Assembly (NCBI GenBank): GCA_900549475.1
Contig: UROF01000004.1
Coordinates: 55,884-119,883 of the forward strand
Reading direction: 5' to 3'
Length of the DNA: 64,000 nucleotides
Source: an uncultured Eubacteriales bacterium
GTDB lineage: Bacteria; Bacillota; Clostridia; Oscillospirales; Oscillospiraceae
In this document: positions 19,633-28,790 of the stretch, piece by piece
Layout of the letters: each line of letters opens with the position of its first letter
Numbering within the stretch: position 1 is the stretch's first letter
Notes under the pieces: generated by a model
What the model was told of the DNA's origin: nothing
The model's database searches: none
What the model saw: only the letters and a program-made list of their open reading frames with translations
Position numbers and translations under genes: made by a program

Positions 19633-20970
19633 TCATTTCTCCGCCGGACGGCGGGCAGCTAATTCGGTACGGATGGCAGCGATCTGTGCCGGTCTCAGCC
19701 GGTAGAACAGCAGCGGCACAATAGCCAGCAGGAAACACAAGGCGGGCACTACATATACAACTGCACTGAACCCTATACGCACCGTGTCGTTGGGCGCCAT
19801 GTTTTCCACATAGTTCATAGCACCCAGCGCCAGGCCCAACAGGCCCTTGGAGATGGTGGCGCTGAGCTTATTAAGGAAGGTATTCATGGAGAACACCACT
19901 CCCTCTCCCCGAAAGCCCAGCTTATGCTCTGCATAGTCAATGGCGTCCATCAGCATGGAGGTGCTGGTAATGGTAGTCACACCGGTGAAGGCAAAGCTGA
20001 TCCCCAACAGGATCAGGCTGAACACCACACCGCCATCCACCACAAAGGGGATCACACTGGCGACAGCGCCGGCGGCACAGGAGATGATAAACATATATTT
20101 CTTGTCAAACCGGCTGATCAGTGCCGGAGATACCGCCATACCCAAAACCATGCCCACCACCAGGCTCAGCCCGATATAGGTGACATATCCCGAATCGCCC
20201 CACACATACACGGCAAAATACATCTGGGCCACCTGCCGGATATTGTTTACCATATTCACGATCAGCAGGGATACCATCAGGGCTTTCAGAGGGCCGTTAT
20301 CCAGAATCGTATGGATGTTGCGGCGGAAGGGCACGCCCTTAGGCGGCGGCTCGATCCGTTCCCGGAGGAAAAATCCGCTCAGCAGCATCAGCGCCGCACC
20401 GATCCCCGCCACTACACAGGCCGCCGCCGTATAGGCGCCGGCGCTGCGCTCGCCGCCAAAGGCATTGAGCAGGGACACGCTGCCCACAGAGATGATCACC
20501 GTACCCAGAGTGCCGCCGATCTTGCCAAGGGTCACCATACGGTTTTTCTCGTTGGCATCCTGGGAGGCCACCGAGGAGATGGCCCAGATGGGGATATCAT
20601 ACACGGTGTAGGACATCCCCCACAGCACATAGCACACCGCAGCCACAGCTACTGTCCCGGCGGCAGAGCCGCCGAAGCTGACAAAACATAATACGGTAGC
20701 CACCGCAATGACGAAGGGCCCTGCCAACAGATAGGGACGGAACTTGCCCCAGCGGGTCTTGGTCCGGTCCGCCAGCATCCCCATAAGGATGTCGTTGACC
20801 GCGTCCCACAAACTGGCCGCTACCATAATAATAGTAACGCTCTGGTAGGGGATCTTCAAAAGGTCTGTAAAAAAGAACATGACATACATGGACACAAAGC
20901 TGTAGATCATGTTCTGACCCAAAAGGCTCCCGGTATATGTCAGCTTTTCACCGGCAGATATCTTCTGCAT
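19633..20970 (-). CDS. MFS transporter, glycoside-pentoside-hexuronide (GPH) cation symporter family
   Basis: 445 aa with 12 predicted TM helices and GPH-like N-terminal conservation (DLLKIPYQSVTIIMV...DAVND). Confidence 0.8.
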   Translation of the reverse strand: MQKISAGEKLTYTGSLLGQNMIYSFVSMYVMFFFTDLLKIPYQSVTIIMVAASLWDAVNDILMGMLADRTKTRWGKFRPYLLAGPFVIAVATVLCFVSFGGSAAGTVAVAAVCYVLWGMSYTVYDIPIWAISSVASQDANEKNRMVTLGKIGGTLGTVIISVGSVSLLNAFGGERSAGAYTAAACVVAGIGAALMLLSGFFLRERIEPPPKGVPFRRNIHTILDNGPLKALMVSLLIVNMVNNIRQVAQMYFAVYVWGDSGYVTYIGLSLVVGMVLGMAVSPALISRFDKKYMFIISCAAGAVASVIPFVVDGGVVFSLILLGISFAFTGVTTITSTSMLMDAIDYAEHKLGFRGEGVVFSMNTFLNKLSATISKGLLGLALGAMNYVENMAPNDTVRIGFSAVVYVVPALCFLLAIVPLLFYRLRPAQIAAIRTELAARRPAEK

Positions 20971-20992
20971 AGACTTCTCTCCTCCTTATCTC

Positions 20993-21928
20993 TCACCGTG
21001 CAGCGGTTTTCTCCGCAGCCCGCTTTGCCAGGCGGATACCCCCCTGGACAGGCTCACACACCTCCGCCGTCAGGCCATCCCGCAGCCGGGCAGGCAGGCG
21101 GCGGGTCACCATATCGGCATAGCGGGCACTGCCCATACAACCGCCAGCCAGCACCAGATGGGGCGTCCCCCCCGGCATATGAGCCATTTTCTGATCGCAG
21201 GCCACCAAAAGCTCTGCCAGAAAACGGCTGCCCTGCTCCAATATGTCATTCCCCAGGGAATCCGGCTCCGGCCATGTCAAAAGTACCTTTGCCAAAGCCG
21301 CCACCTGATCACATTGGTTGATATCGGCAGCTGCTTCTGTCAGGCGGTCAAGGCTCTCCGCCCCCAGCACTTTCGCCACCTCCGGAAACCAGGGTGCCCA
21401 GGGACCACAGCCATCACAGTACCGTAAAGCCTCCTGCAAAGCCCGGCAGCCCAGCCAGTAGCCGCTGCCCAGATCGCTGAAGCCATACCCCCAGCCGCCG
21501 GCTCGGGTAAAGTTCCCCCTGCTGTCCACTCCCACTACAATAGAGCCGGTCCCGGCAATGAGCACCATCCCCGGCGGCTCCGCAGCGGCATAAAACGCCA
21601 ATACCGCGTCATTGCATAGGGTATACTGTCCTGCCGGAAATCCCAGCGTTTCGATCACATTGGCAAGTGTCCTCTCATCATTGACACTGTCACAGCCGGA
21701 TAGCCCGAATACACTGTGGGCCACCCCCTCCGGACCAAAGCCCGCCTGCCGCCAAAGCTCCTCAAGGCCTGCTGCCAGATTTTCCCGGGCAGCAGTTTCC
21801 CCCACAGATTTTATGCTGGCCGGACCGCTCCTTGCCCGGATCGTCCGGGTACCGTCTCCGCTCTGCAGCAGGAAGGCAGTCTTTGTCCCGCCGCCGTCCA
21901 CCGACAGATAATACTCTGGCATATTCAC
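20993..21928 (-). CDS. BadF/BadG/BcrA/BcrD-type ATPase, N-acetylglucosamine kinase-like
   Basis: N-terminal YLSVDGGGTKTAF phosphate-1 motif of the ASKHA/NAGK family. Confidence 0.7.
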   Translation of the reverse strand: MNMPEYYLSVDGGGTKTAFLLQSGDGTRTIRARSGPASIKSVGETAARENLAAGLEELWRQAGFGPEGVAHSVFGLSGCDSVNDERTLANVIETLGFPAGQYTLCNDAVLAFYAAAEPPGMVLIAGTGSIVVGVDSRGNFTRAGGWGYGFSDLGSGYWLGCRALQEALRYCDGCGPWAPWFPEVAKVLGAESLDRLTEAAADINQCDQVAALAKVLLTWPEPDSLGNDILEQGSRFLAELLVACDQKMAHMPGGTPHLVLAGGCMGSARYADMVTRRLPARLRDGLTAEVCEPVQGGIRLAKRAAEKTAAR

Positions 21929-22199
21929 CCCTTCTCCTTCTCTCCACGTTTCTTATTACCATTACCATACACAGGCACACCGCCCCTGTCAATATGTTCC
22001 GCTTTTTTCTCTCTGGAGACAAAGGTCACATATTATAACCTGCTTCTCCTTGGTACTTGTCCGTCTGAGGAAAACATTTTATCGATGGAACCCTTCCAAT
22101 ATTTATAGATTTCTCTTGCCTTTTGATAGGCGACCATGTAGAATCTTGCATACGGTATCTTACACACCACACCCTTTTACTGATTCGGAGTGATCACTG

Positions 22200-23558
22200 A
22201 TGCGTATATCTCGTCAAGCCGGCGACATTACCCAGGGCGTGATTTGGAAGCAGCTGCTGGCCTTCTTCTTCCCCCTGTGGTTCGGCACGTTTTTTCAACA
22301 ACTCTATAATACAGTAGATACCATCGTGGTGGGCCGCTACGTGGGTACCACTGCCTTAGCCGCCGTGGGTTCTACCGGCGTTGTCGTCAACCTGACCGTG
22401 GGTATTTTTACAGGCCTTTCCAGCGGCGCCGTGGTGGCGATCGCCCAACGGTACGGCGCACGGATGGATGAGGACGTCCGTAAAAGCGTCCACACCGCCA
22501 TGCTTCTCTCCGTGATCATCGGCGCATTCTTCACGGTGGTGGGCTATTTCCTCACCCCTTGGGCTCTGCAGGCCATGGACACCACAGAGGACGCCCTTCC
22601 CGGCGCTATTTTGTATCTGCAGATCTATTTCCTGGGCATGATCCCCAACGTGATTTACAACATGGGCACCGGCGTGCTCCGCGCTGTGGGAGATGCCAAG
22701 CGTCCGCTGTATTTCCTGATCGCTGCCTCTCTGTGCAATATCGTACTGGATCTTCTGCTGGTGGTGGTTTTCCACCTGGGCATCCTGGGCGTGGCTATCG
22801 CTACCGTCTGCTCCCAGATCCTCTCTGCTGTTCTGGTGGTGTTGTCCCTGATGTCTGTGAAGGGCGAGTGCTTCCGTCTGGTGCCTCGCCAGCTTCGTTT
22901 CCACTTTGAGCCCTTCAAAGCCATTATGATCATCGGAATTCCCACCGCCCTCCAATCCGTGATGTACAGCTTTTCCAATATCGTGATCCAGGCCGCTATC
23001 AACTCCTTTGGTACCAATGCTGTGGCCGCCTGGACCGCTTACGGCAAGATGGATATCCTCTTCTGGATGACCCTCACCGCCATGTCCCAGGCCCTCACCA
23101 CCTTTACCGGCCAAAACTACGGCGCCGGAAAATATGACCGGCTCAAGCAGGGCGTACGGGTATCCATGGCTATGACAGCCGGATTCACAGTGGTTATCTC
23201 CGCGGTCATGGTACTGCTGGCACGGCCCATCCTCTCCTTCTTTACCCCGGACCCGGACGTTCTGGAGATCGGTGTAGGGATGGTACAGTTTCTGGCGCCC
23301 TGCTACATAACCTACATCCTGGTGGAACTGCTGCCCGGCGCTATCCGAGGCGCAGGAAAGTCTATGGTACCTATGCTGATCTCTGTATTCGGCGTATGCG
23401 GCCTGCGTCTGCTGTGGCTCTTTACGGCGGTACCTGCTTACCACACCATTGAAATGGTGGAAGCCAGCTATCCCATCACCTGGGTGGTCACATCCGTGTC
23501 TATTTTTATTTACTACCGCTTTGGTCACTGGCTGAAACCTGCACAGGAACGCTCATAA
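22200..23558 (+). CDS. MATE family efflux transporter
   Basis: 452 aa, 12 TM helices, duplicated MatE halves. Confidence 0.85.
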   Translation: MRISRQAGDITQGVIWKQLLAFFFPLWFGTFFQQLYNTVDTIVVGRYVGTTALAAVGSTGVVVNLTVGIFTGLSSGAVVAIAQRYGARMDEDVRKSVHTAMLLSVIIGAFFTVVGYFLTPWALQAMDTTEDALPGAILYLQIYFLGMIPNVIYNMGTGVLRAVGDAKRPLYFLIAASLCNIVLDLLLVVVFHLGILGVAIATVCSQILSAVLVVLSLMSVKGECFRLVPRQLRFHFEPFKAIMIIGIPTALQSVMYSFSNIVIQAAINSFGTNAVAAWTAYGKMDILFWMTLTAMSQALTTFTGQNYGAGKYDRLKQGVRVSMAMTAGFTVVISAVMVLLARPILSFFTPDPDVLEIGVGMVQFLAPCYITYILVELLPGAIRGAGKSMVPMLISVFGVCGLRLLWLFTAVPAYHTIEMVEASYPITWVVTSVSIFIYYRFGHWLKPAQERS

Positions 23559-23568
23559 TCACTACAAA

Positions 23569-23598
23569 AGAAAGCACCCCCGTCGGGGTGCTTTCTCT
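23569..23598 (+). terminator. terminator after the MATE gene
   Basis: AAAGCACCCCCGTCGGGGTGCTTTCTCTT hairpin. Confidence 0.55.
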
Positions 23599-23657
23599 TA
23601 TCGATACGGCATCACATGCCAAACGCCTTTCTGCTATACGATTGGTGCCTGAATGTG

Positions 23658-23686
23658 TTGACAATCCTCGAAAAAGCCGCTATACT
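23658..23686 (+). promoter_or_regulatory. sigma-A type promoter driving the cobalamin riboswitch (-35 TTGACA / 17 bp / -10 TATACT)
   Basis: TTGACAATCCTCGAAAAAGCCGCTATACT, about 90 nt upstream of the riboswitch core. Confidence 0.5.
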
Positions 23687-23769
23687 TGCGCTGTACAGGA
23701 TGCTCCGGCTGCAACTGCGTTCCAGTCGCCAGCATCCGATAGCTCTGTTTTCCTATACAAATAACACCT

Positions 23770-24063
23770 CAGTGCTTACTCCTCCCGGGGAGCAAGGTAA
23801 AAGGGAATTCGGGTGAAACTCCCGGGCGATCCGGTCACTGTAACTGGGGAGCAAACCGCAACGCCATTGCGTAAGTGAGAAGGCGCGGCAAGCTATGATC
23901 CACAAGTCAGGAAACCTGCTGAGGCGTTCAGCTGCGATAGCTGCTTCCGAAGAAAGCTGCCTGTTGCTATGCGCAAGGAGCCGTCTGCCCCTAAAAGGGT
24001 GGCTGCTCCCTGTTCCCGTGCGTATGCAGCACCCCGCTTTCAAAAAAGCGGGGTGTTTTTTTA
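23770..24063 (+). promoter_or_regulatory. cobalamin (AdoCbl/B12) riboswitch with intrinsic terminator expression platform
   Basis: Conserved core elements on the + strand: AAGGGAA...GGTGAAACTCC at about 23801-23822, CACTGTAACTGGGGAGC, and B12-box AGTCAGGAAACCTGC at about 23905-23919. Terminator GCACCCCGC...GCGGGGTG plus T7 at about 24029-24063. Confidence 0.7.
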
Positions 24064-25185
24064 CAGAGGTTCCTCAGTGGGATACAGGCGCCTCTGCTCC
24101 CGCAGATGCCCCTTCAACACCTCTGCCAGGAATGTCTCCAGTGCCTCCACGGGGTCATCCATCTGTGCCGCACCAATGGGATACTGATAATGCTCGGCGG
24201 CAAGTGTCAGGAGGCGGGCATACCAATCTCCCGTCTCTCCGCGGGTGAGCATACCGCTGCGCTCCTGATCCAGGAGATGCACATACAGCGCCGCGGCAGA
24301 CACCAGGAAACCGTCCTGATCAATGTGCTCTATCGCCCGCCGGATAGCAGATTCCCCATTGGGAAATTCAGAAAGGCATTGCTCCAACAGGCTCCGCTCT
24401 GTAATGCCAAAGCGCTTGAGCCGCCGCAGCGTCCGGTGCTGGCCCTGCGGGCAAAGCCCCGTCTGACGGAACAGTGCTTCCGCCGCTGCCGCCTTCACCG
24501 CTGAGGCGATCAGCTCCCCCAGTTTGAAATGCTTGCCTGCATTATACAGGCACTCTCCGTCACTCCCATCGCAGATCAGGATCGCCCCATCAGTACCTGT
24601 TCCGGTGGCCAGCTCCGCGGAGACACTGCTGCCCTGCATCAGATCCCGCAGCAGCGCTGTTTTGGCCTCTGTTGCGGTGAGAAGCGCCTCTGTGAGCGCT
24701 CCCGGCGACAGCCGGGCACCGATCACCAGAAGAATATTGATCGTACCGGCAGGCACCAGGCAGGGCTCGCCCAGCCGCTCTGTCAGGTGGGCCGGGTCTC
24801 CCGCGCACAGGGCATTGACGTCCGCCCCGCCGGAAACAATGGCTGTTACCCACAGCTCTTCCCATTCCCGTGTCACCACAGCCAGATTATCCAAATTCGC
24901 TGCGGTATCCAACCCCGCTGTGTGGCAGGGGTCCAGTCCCAGCCGCTTTGCCACAGCCACCTGATGCTCTCTCAGGTCATGCCCCTCCATAGGCTGACAC
25001 ACACCGGCTCTCCCACAGTCGCTGTAGTTGAATACCGCCGTCAGATCCCGGCGCAAGCCGCCTCCATTGGCACTGGTGGCCAGCACATTTCTCGGGGCGG
25101 CGAAACGGATCACGGCACTCTTCTCTGAACAGACAAGAGTATCCCCGTTCCGCAGTATGATCCTTCGTTCCATAGCGCCCTCCAC
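24061..25185 (-). CDS. cbiZ: putative adenosylcobinamide amidohydrolase (CbiZ-like) with a C-terminal extension
   Basis: 374-aa protein with unbiased composition. Lies between a B12 riboswitch and a corrinoid-type ABC transporter. Family assignment rests on memory and genomic context, not a computed alignment. Confidence 0.4.
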   Translation of the reverse strand: MEGAMERRIILRNGDTLVCSEKSAVIRFAAPRNVLATSANGGGLRRDLTAVFNYSDCGRAGVCQPMEGHDLREHQVAVAKRLGLDPCHTAGLDTAANLDNLAVVTREWEELWVTAIVSGGADVNALCAGDPAHLTERLGEPCLVPAGTINILLVIGARLSPGALTEALLTATEAKTALLRDLMQGSSVSAELATGTGTDGAILICDGSDGECLYNAGKHFKLGELIASAVKAAAAEALFRQTGLCPQGQHRTLRRLKRFGITERSLLEQCLSEFPNGESAIRRAIEHIDQDGFLVSAAALYVHLLDQERSGMLTRGETGDWYARLLTLAAEHYQYPIGAAQMDDPVEALETFLAEVLKGHLREQRRLYPTEEPL

Positions 25186-25293
25186 ATCGTTGTCCTAGCT
25201 GCCGCAGCTCCCTGCGGCAGGCATTTATTATACCACGCTCTCCCAGTCACTGGCAATCACCATCACTTCAGAATACCAGAAAGGAAAAAGAAC

Positions 25294-26304
25294 ATGAAAA
25301 AGACCATTCTTGCTCTGGGCCTGTCCCTGATCCTTCTGCTGTCCGCAGGCTGCGGCAGCCAAAACAGCAGCGCAGGCAACCAGTCCGGCGCCAACGATAC
25401 CCCCTCCAACAATGTCTCTTCCAATCAGGATACGCAGCAGGATACACGTCCCACGGAAGACCGCAGTGGTAATCCTATCACCCTCCCCGATGAGATCAAT
25501 GCCATCATCTCCATGGCCCCCTCCGCTACCCAGACCCTTCTGGATCTGGGGATGAAAGACAAGCTGGTAGCGGTAGACACCTATTCCGCCATGTATTTTG
25601 GTCTGGACTCCCTGCCCACCTTTGACATGATGGAGCCGGATACTGAGCAGATCGCCGTGCTGGAGCCCGACCTGATGTTCACCACCGGCATGAGCTCCTC
25701 CGGCGGTACGGACCCCTACAAGCCCCTGCGTGATGTTGGTGTATGCGTGGCCGATATTCCCTCCTCCTCCAGCATCGAGGCCGTAAAGGAGGACACCCGC
25801 TTTATCGCCGCCTGTGTAGGACAGGAGGAAAAGTGTGAGGAGCTGATCGCCGCCATGGAAGCAGAGCTGGAGGAGATCGCCGCCATCGGCAGCACCATTA
25901 CCGAGCCCAAGACTGTGCTCTATGAAATCTCCTGCGCTCCCGATATATACACTGCTGGCCAGGGCACCTTTATTCAGGAGATGCTGGATATCGTCGGTGC
26001 TGAAAATATCTTTGCCGACCAGGAGAACTATATCTCCGTCACAGAGGAAGCCGCCGTCAGCGCCAACCCCGATGTGATCCTTACCTCTGTCAACTACATT
26101 GACGACCCTGTGGGTGAGATCATGGGCCGCAGCGGCTGGCAAAATGTCACCGCCATTGTCAACGGCGACGTCTACCAGGTGGATGCCAACGCCGTTTCCC
26201 TGCCCAACCTCCATGTGATCGATGGCATCAAGCAGATCGCCGTTCTGGTCTACCCGGAGGCCTATGCAGATATTGAGAACCCCTTTGCTGACAACGCCGC
26301 ATGA
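25294..26304 (+). CDS. btuF: corrinoid/iron-siderophore-type ABC transporter periplasmic binding lipoprotein (BtuF/FecB class)
   Basis: Lipobox LSAGCGS. TroA-like class III SBP architecture. Located in the riboswitch locus. Confidence 0.75.
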   Translation: MKKTILALGLSLILLLSAGCGSQNSSAGNQSGANDTPSNNVSSNQDTQQDTRPTEDRSGNPITLPDEINAIISMAPSATQTLLDLGMKDKLVAVDTYSAMYFGLDSLPTFDMMEPDTEQIAVLEPDLMFTTGMSSSGGTDPYKPLRDVGVCVADIPSSSSIEAVKEDTRFIAACVGQEEKCEELIAAMEAELEEIAAIGSTITEPKTVLYEISCAPDIYTAGQGTFIQEMLDIVGAENIFADQENYISVTEEAAVSANPDVILTSVNYIDDPVGEIMGRSGWQNVTAIVNGDVYQVDANAVSLPNLHVIDGIKQIAVLVYPEAYADIENPFADNAA

Positions 26305-27323
26305 AAACAGGTCTGAAGATCCTGCTGACCATTCTGGCGGCCATTGCCGTTCTGGTACTCAGTATCGGCGTCGGCTCCGTCTATGTGCCCCCGGATCAGG
26401 TGGTCAGCATTCTGCTCAGCAAGCTGCCCGGCGGTACACTGCCCGACAGTATTGACCCCAATCTGGTCTCCATCGTCTGGGGGATGCGGTTTCCCAGAGC
26501 GATCCTGGCCTTCCTGGCCGGAGGCGCCCTGGCGGTCAGCGGTACCGTGATGCAGTCCATTCTGAAAAATCCCCTGGCCTCCTCCTACACCCTGGGTGTA
26601 TCCTCCGGCGCCAGCCTGGGCGCGGCTATGGTGATGGTCAGCGGCCTCACCATTCCCTTCCTGGGGATCTTTACCCTCCCGGTGGCCGGATTTATCGGAG
26701 GCCTTGCCACCGTATTTCTGGCCATGGCCTTCGCAGCCCGCATTGACCGCAAAATGGAAAATCAGACCGTGATCCTGGTGGGCATGGTGTTCTCCCTCTT
26801 CGTCAACGCCGTGCTCACCCTGGTGACAGCCCTCTCCCGGGAACACCTGCAGCAGATGGTATTCTGGCAGATGGGCGGTTTTTCCGGTCGGGATTGGTCC
26901 CATGTGGCGGCCCTGTTTCCTGTAACAGCCATCGGTATTTTTGTATTGATGCTCTACACCCACGAAATGGATATCATGAGCTTCGGCGAGGACCAAGCCC
27001 AGGCCATCGGCGTGGATATCAAAAAGACCAAGATCATCCTCATCGGCATCTCCGCCCTGCTCACCGGCACCACCGTCTCCTTTGTAGGAGTGATCGGCTT
27101 TGTGGATCTGATCGCTCCCCATGTGGTGCGGCGGATCTTCGGCGCCTCCCACCGGTATGTACTGCCCCTGTCGGCGGTATTCGGCGGGACCTTCATGGCT
27201 CTGGCGGAGCTGGTAAGCCGGACGGTACTGGCCCCCACTATTATCCCCGTAGGTGCCGTAACCGCCCTGGTGGGCGCCCCCTTCTTCGCCGTGGTATTCT
27301 TCCGCGGCCGAAAGACGGCGTAA
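26301..27323 (+). CDS. btuC: FecCD-family ABC permease (BtuC-like)
   Basis: 340 aa, about 9 TM helices, FecCD signature region. 4-bp overlap with the SBP gene. Confidence 0.8.
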   Translation: MKTGLKILLTILAAIAVLVLSIGVGSVYVPPDQVVSILLSKLPGGTLPDSIDPNLVSIVWGMRFPRAILAFLAGGALAVSGTVMQSILKNPLASSYTLGVSSGASLGAAMVMVSGLTIPFLGIFTLPVAGFIGGLATVFLAMAFAARIDRKMENQTVILVGMVFSLFVNAVLTLVTALSREHLQQMVFWQMGGFSGRDWSHVAALFPVTAIGIFVLMLYTHEMDIMSFGEDQAQAIGVDIKKTKIILIGISALLTGTTVSFVGVIGFVDLIAPHVVRRIFGASHRYVLPLSAVFGGTFMALAELVSRTVLAPTIIPVGAVTALVGAPFFAVVFFRGRKTA

Positions 27324-27338
27324 GAAAGGAGGAACACT

Positions 27339-28109
27339 ATGCTGCATCTTGATCATCTGTGTGCCGGCTATGGAGGCACGGAGGTCCTCCATCAGCTGAG
27401 CTTTGACCTTCCCGTAGGGGAAAACCTGTGTATCCTGGGGCCCAACGGCTGTGGAAAAAGTACCCTCCTCAAAGCCATTGCCGCCCTCATTGACAGTACC
27501 GGAGAGCTGACCCTCCGAGGAGAACCCATCCGTGCCATGAAGCGGCCTGAGGTGGCCTCCCATATCGCCGTCATGAGCCAGATGAGCACGGTCTATTTTT
27601 CCTTTACCGTCTATGAGACGGTGATGATGGGCCGCTATCAGAAAATGAAGCGGGGAATCTTTACCTCCCCCTCCTCCGAGGATCGGAAGTACGTGGACCG
27701 CTATCTGGCTGTAACTGGACTGGACAGCCTGCGGGACCGGCAGATCTCCCAGCTCTCCGGCGGACAGCTTCAGCGGGTATTCCTGGCACGGACGCTGGTC
27801 CAGGAACCGGACATCATCCTGCTGGACGAGCCTACCAACCATTTGGATCTCAAGCACCAGGCGGAGCTGGTGACCTACCTCAAGCAGTGGTCCATTGAAA
27901 ACCAGCGGACTGTCATCGGTGTGCTTCATGACATCAATCTCTCCCTGATTCTGTCAGAAAAGCTGCTGTTTCTCAAGGATGGCAATATTGCGGGCTTTGG
28001 CTCTGCCTCGCAGCTTCTCAGCCGGGAATTTCTCAAAGATGTATACGACATGGATGTTGCCCAGTTCATGCTGGATTCCCTGAAAAAGTGGGAAAACATC
28101 AAAGAATAA
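27339..28109 (+). CDS. btuD: ABC transporter ATP-binding protein (BtuD/FecE-like)
   Basis: Walker A GPNGCGKST, signature LSGGQLQRVFLARTL, Walker B ILLDEPTNHLD. Confidence 0.85.
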   Translation: MLHLDHLCAGYGGTEVLHQLSFDLPVGENLCILGPNGCGKSTLLKAIAALIDSTGELTLRGEPIRAMKRPEVASHIAVMSQMSTVYFSFTVYETVMMGRYQKMKRGIFTSPSSEDRKYVDRYLAVTGLDSLRDRQISQLSGGQLQRVFLARTLVQEPDIILLDEPTNHLDLKHQAELVTYLKQWSIENQRTVIGVLHDINLSLILSEKLLFLKDGNIAGFGSASQLLSREFLKDVYDMDVAQFMLDSLKKWENIKE

Positions 28110-28115
28110 CAACGC

Positions 28116-28166
28116 AAAAAAGCCCGCGGGGTACGGAATGATTTCCGTACCCCGCGGGCTTTTTAC
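28116..28166. terminator. strong bidirectional rho-independent terminator
   Basis: AAAAAAGCCCGCGGGGTACGGAA-TGATT-TCCGTACCCCGCGGGCTTTTT. Confidence 0.75.
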
Positions 28167-28176
28167 TGTCTGCCGC

Positions 28177-28752
28177 TTACTGCTGCGGCAGGACGGCCTG
28201 ATACTCGATGGAAGAGATATAACCATCCTCAAAGAGGACCACCAGCTGGCTGTCGCCACGGGTGTAGGTGTACTGGTCGTACTCCTCCGTATAATCCTCG
28301 CCATAGGCGGCGATCATGTCGTCTTTGGTACCGCCGATCTCCAGGCCCTCAGGGGTAGACACCGCATCACTGGTAAACACCACAGAGGACACATAGTTCA
28401 CATCGTTCAGGGGATAGGTGTTCAGCTGGAAGCCGTCATAGGTATAGATATAATCCGTACCCTGGAAGGCGCAGCTGGGGGCGTCAAAGGTGGAAATAGG
28501 CTCTCCCAGCGCTTCCACGATGGGATCCGCCTCCGCGTTCATCTTCACCTCAACACCGTTGCTGGTAAAGACAAAGAGGTCGGCTGCCTGATTTTCGCCG
28601 CTGTCGGTATCCCCGCTGTTCTGGCTCTGATTGCCAGCGGCATTTCCATTATTCCCGGTCTGGCTGCTGTTATTGCCGCCGCAGCCTGCCAGCAGAGCAA
28701 GGCACAGGGCCAGGGCCAGCAGCAGTGAAAACAGCTTATGGTTGTGTTTCAT
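28177..28752 (-). CDS. hypothetical secreted lipoprotein, last gene of the dlt-like operon
   Basis: Lipobox LLAGCGG. N/Q/G/S-rich linker followed by a small globular domain. Confidence 0.5.
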   Translation of the reverse strand: MKHNHKLFSLLLALALCLALLAGCGGNNSSQTGNNGNAAGNQSQNSGDTDSGENQAADLFVFTSNGVEVKMNAEADPIVEALGEPISTFDAPSCAFQGTDYIYTYDGFQLNTYPLNDVNYVSSVVFTSDAVSTPEGLEIGGTKDDMIAAYGEDYTEEYDQYTYTRGDSQLVVLFEDGYISSIEYQAVLPQQ

Positions 28753-28790
28753 GGTTGATTCTCCTTTACTCGGTCGCTTTTGGGTTGCTT

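Noticed and set aside
24106-25128. Two + strand ORFs (132 and 199 aa) downstream of the riboswitch that could have been its targets
   Set aside because: Low-complexity R/Q/C/G-rich translations overlapping the much longer, compositionally normal minus-strand gene. They were rejected as riboswitch targets, so the anomaly stands.
26262-27929. 555-aa minus-strand ORF
   Set aside because: Antisense to the btuC/btuD-like genes, which carry canonical Walker and FecCD motifs. G/H/Q-rich junk.
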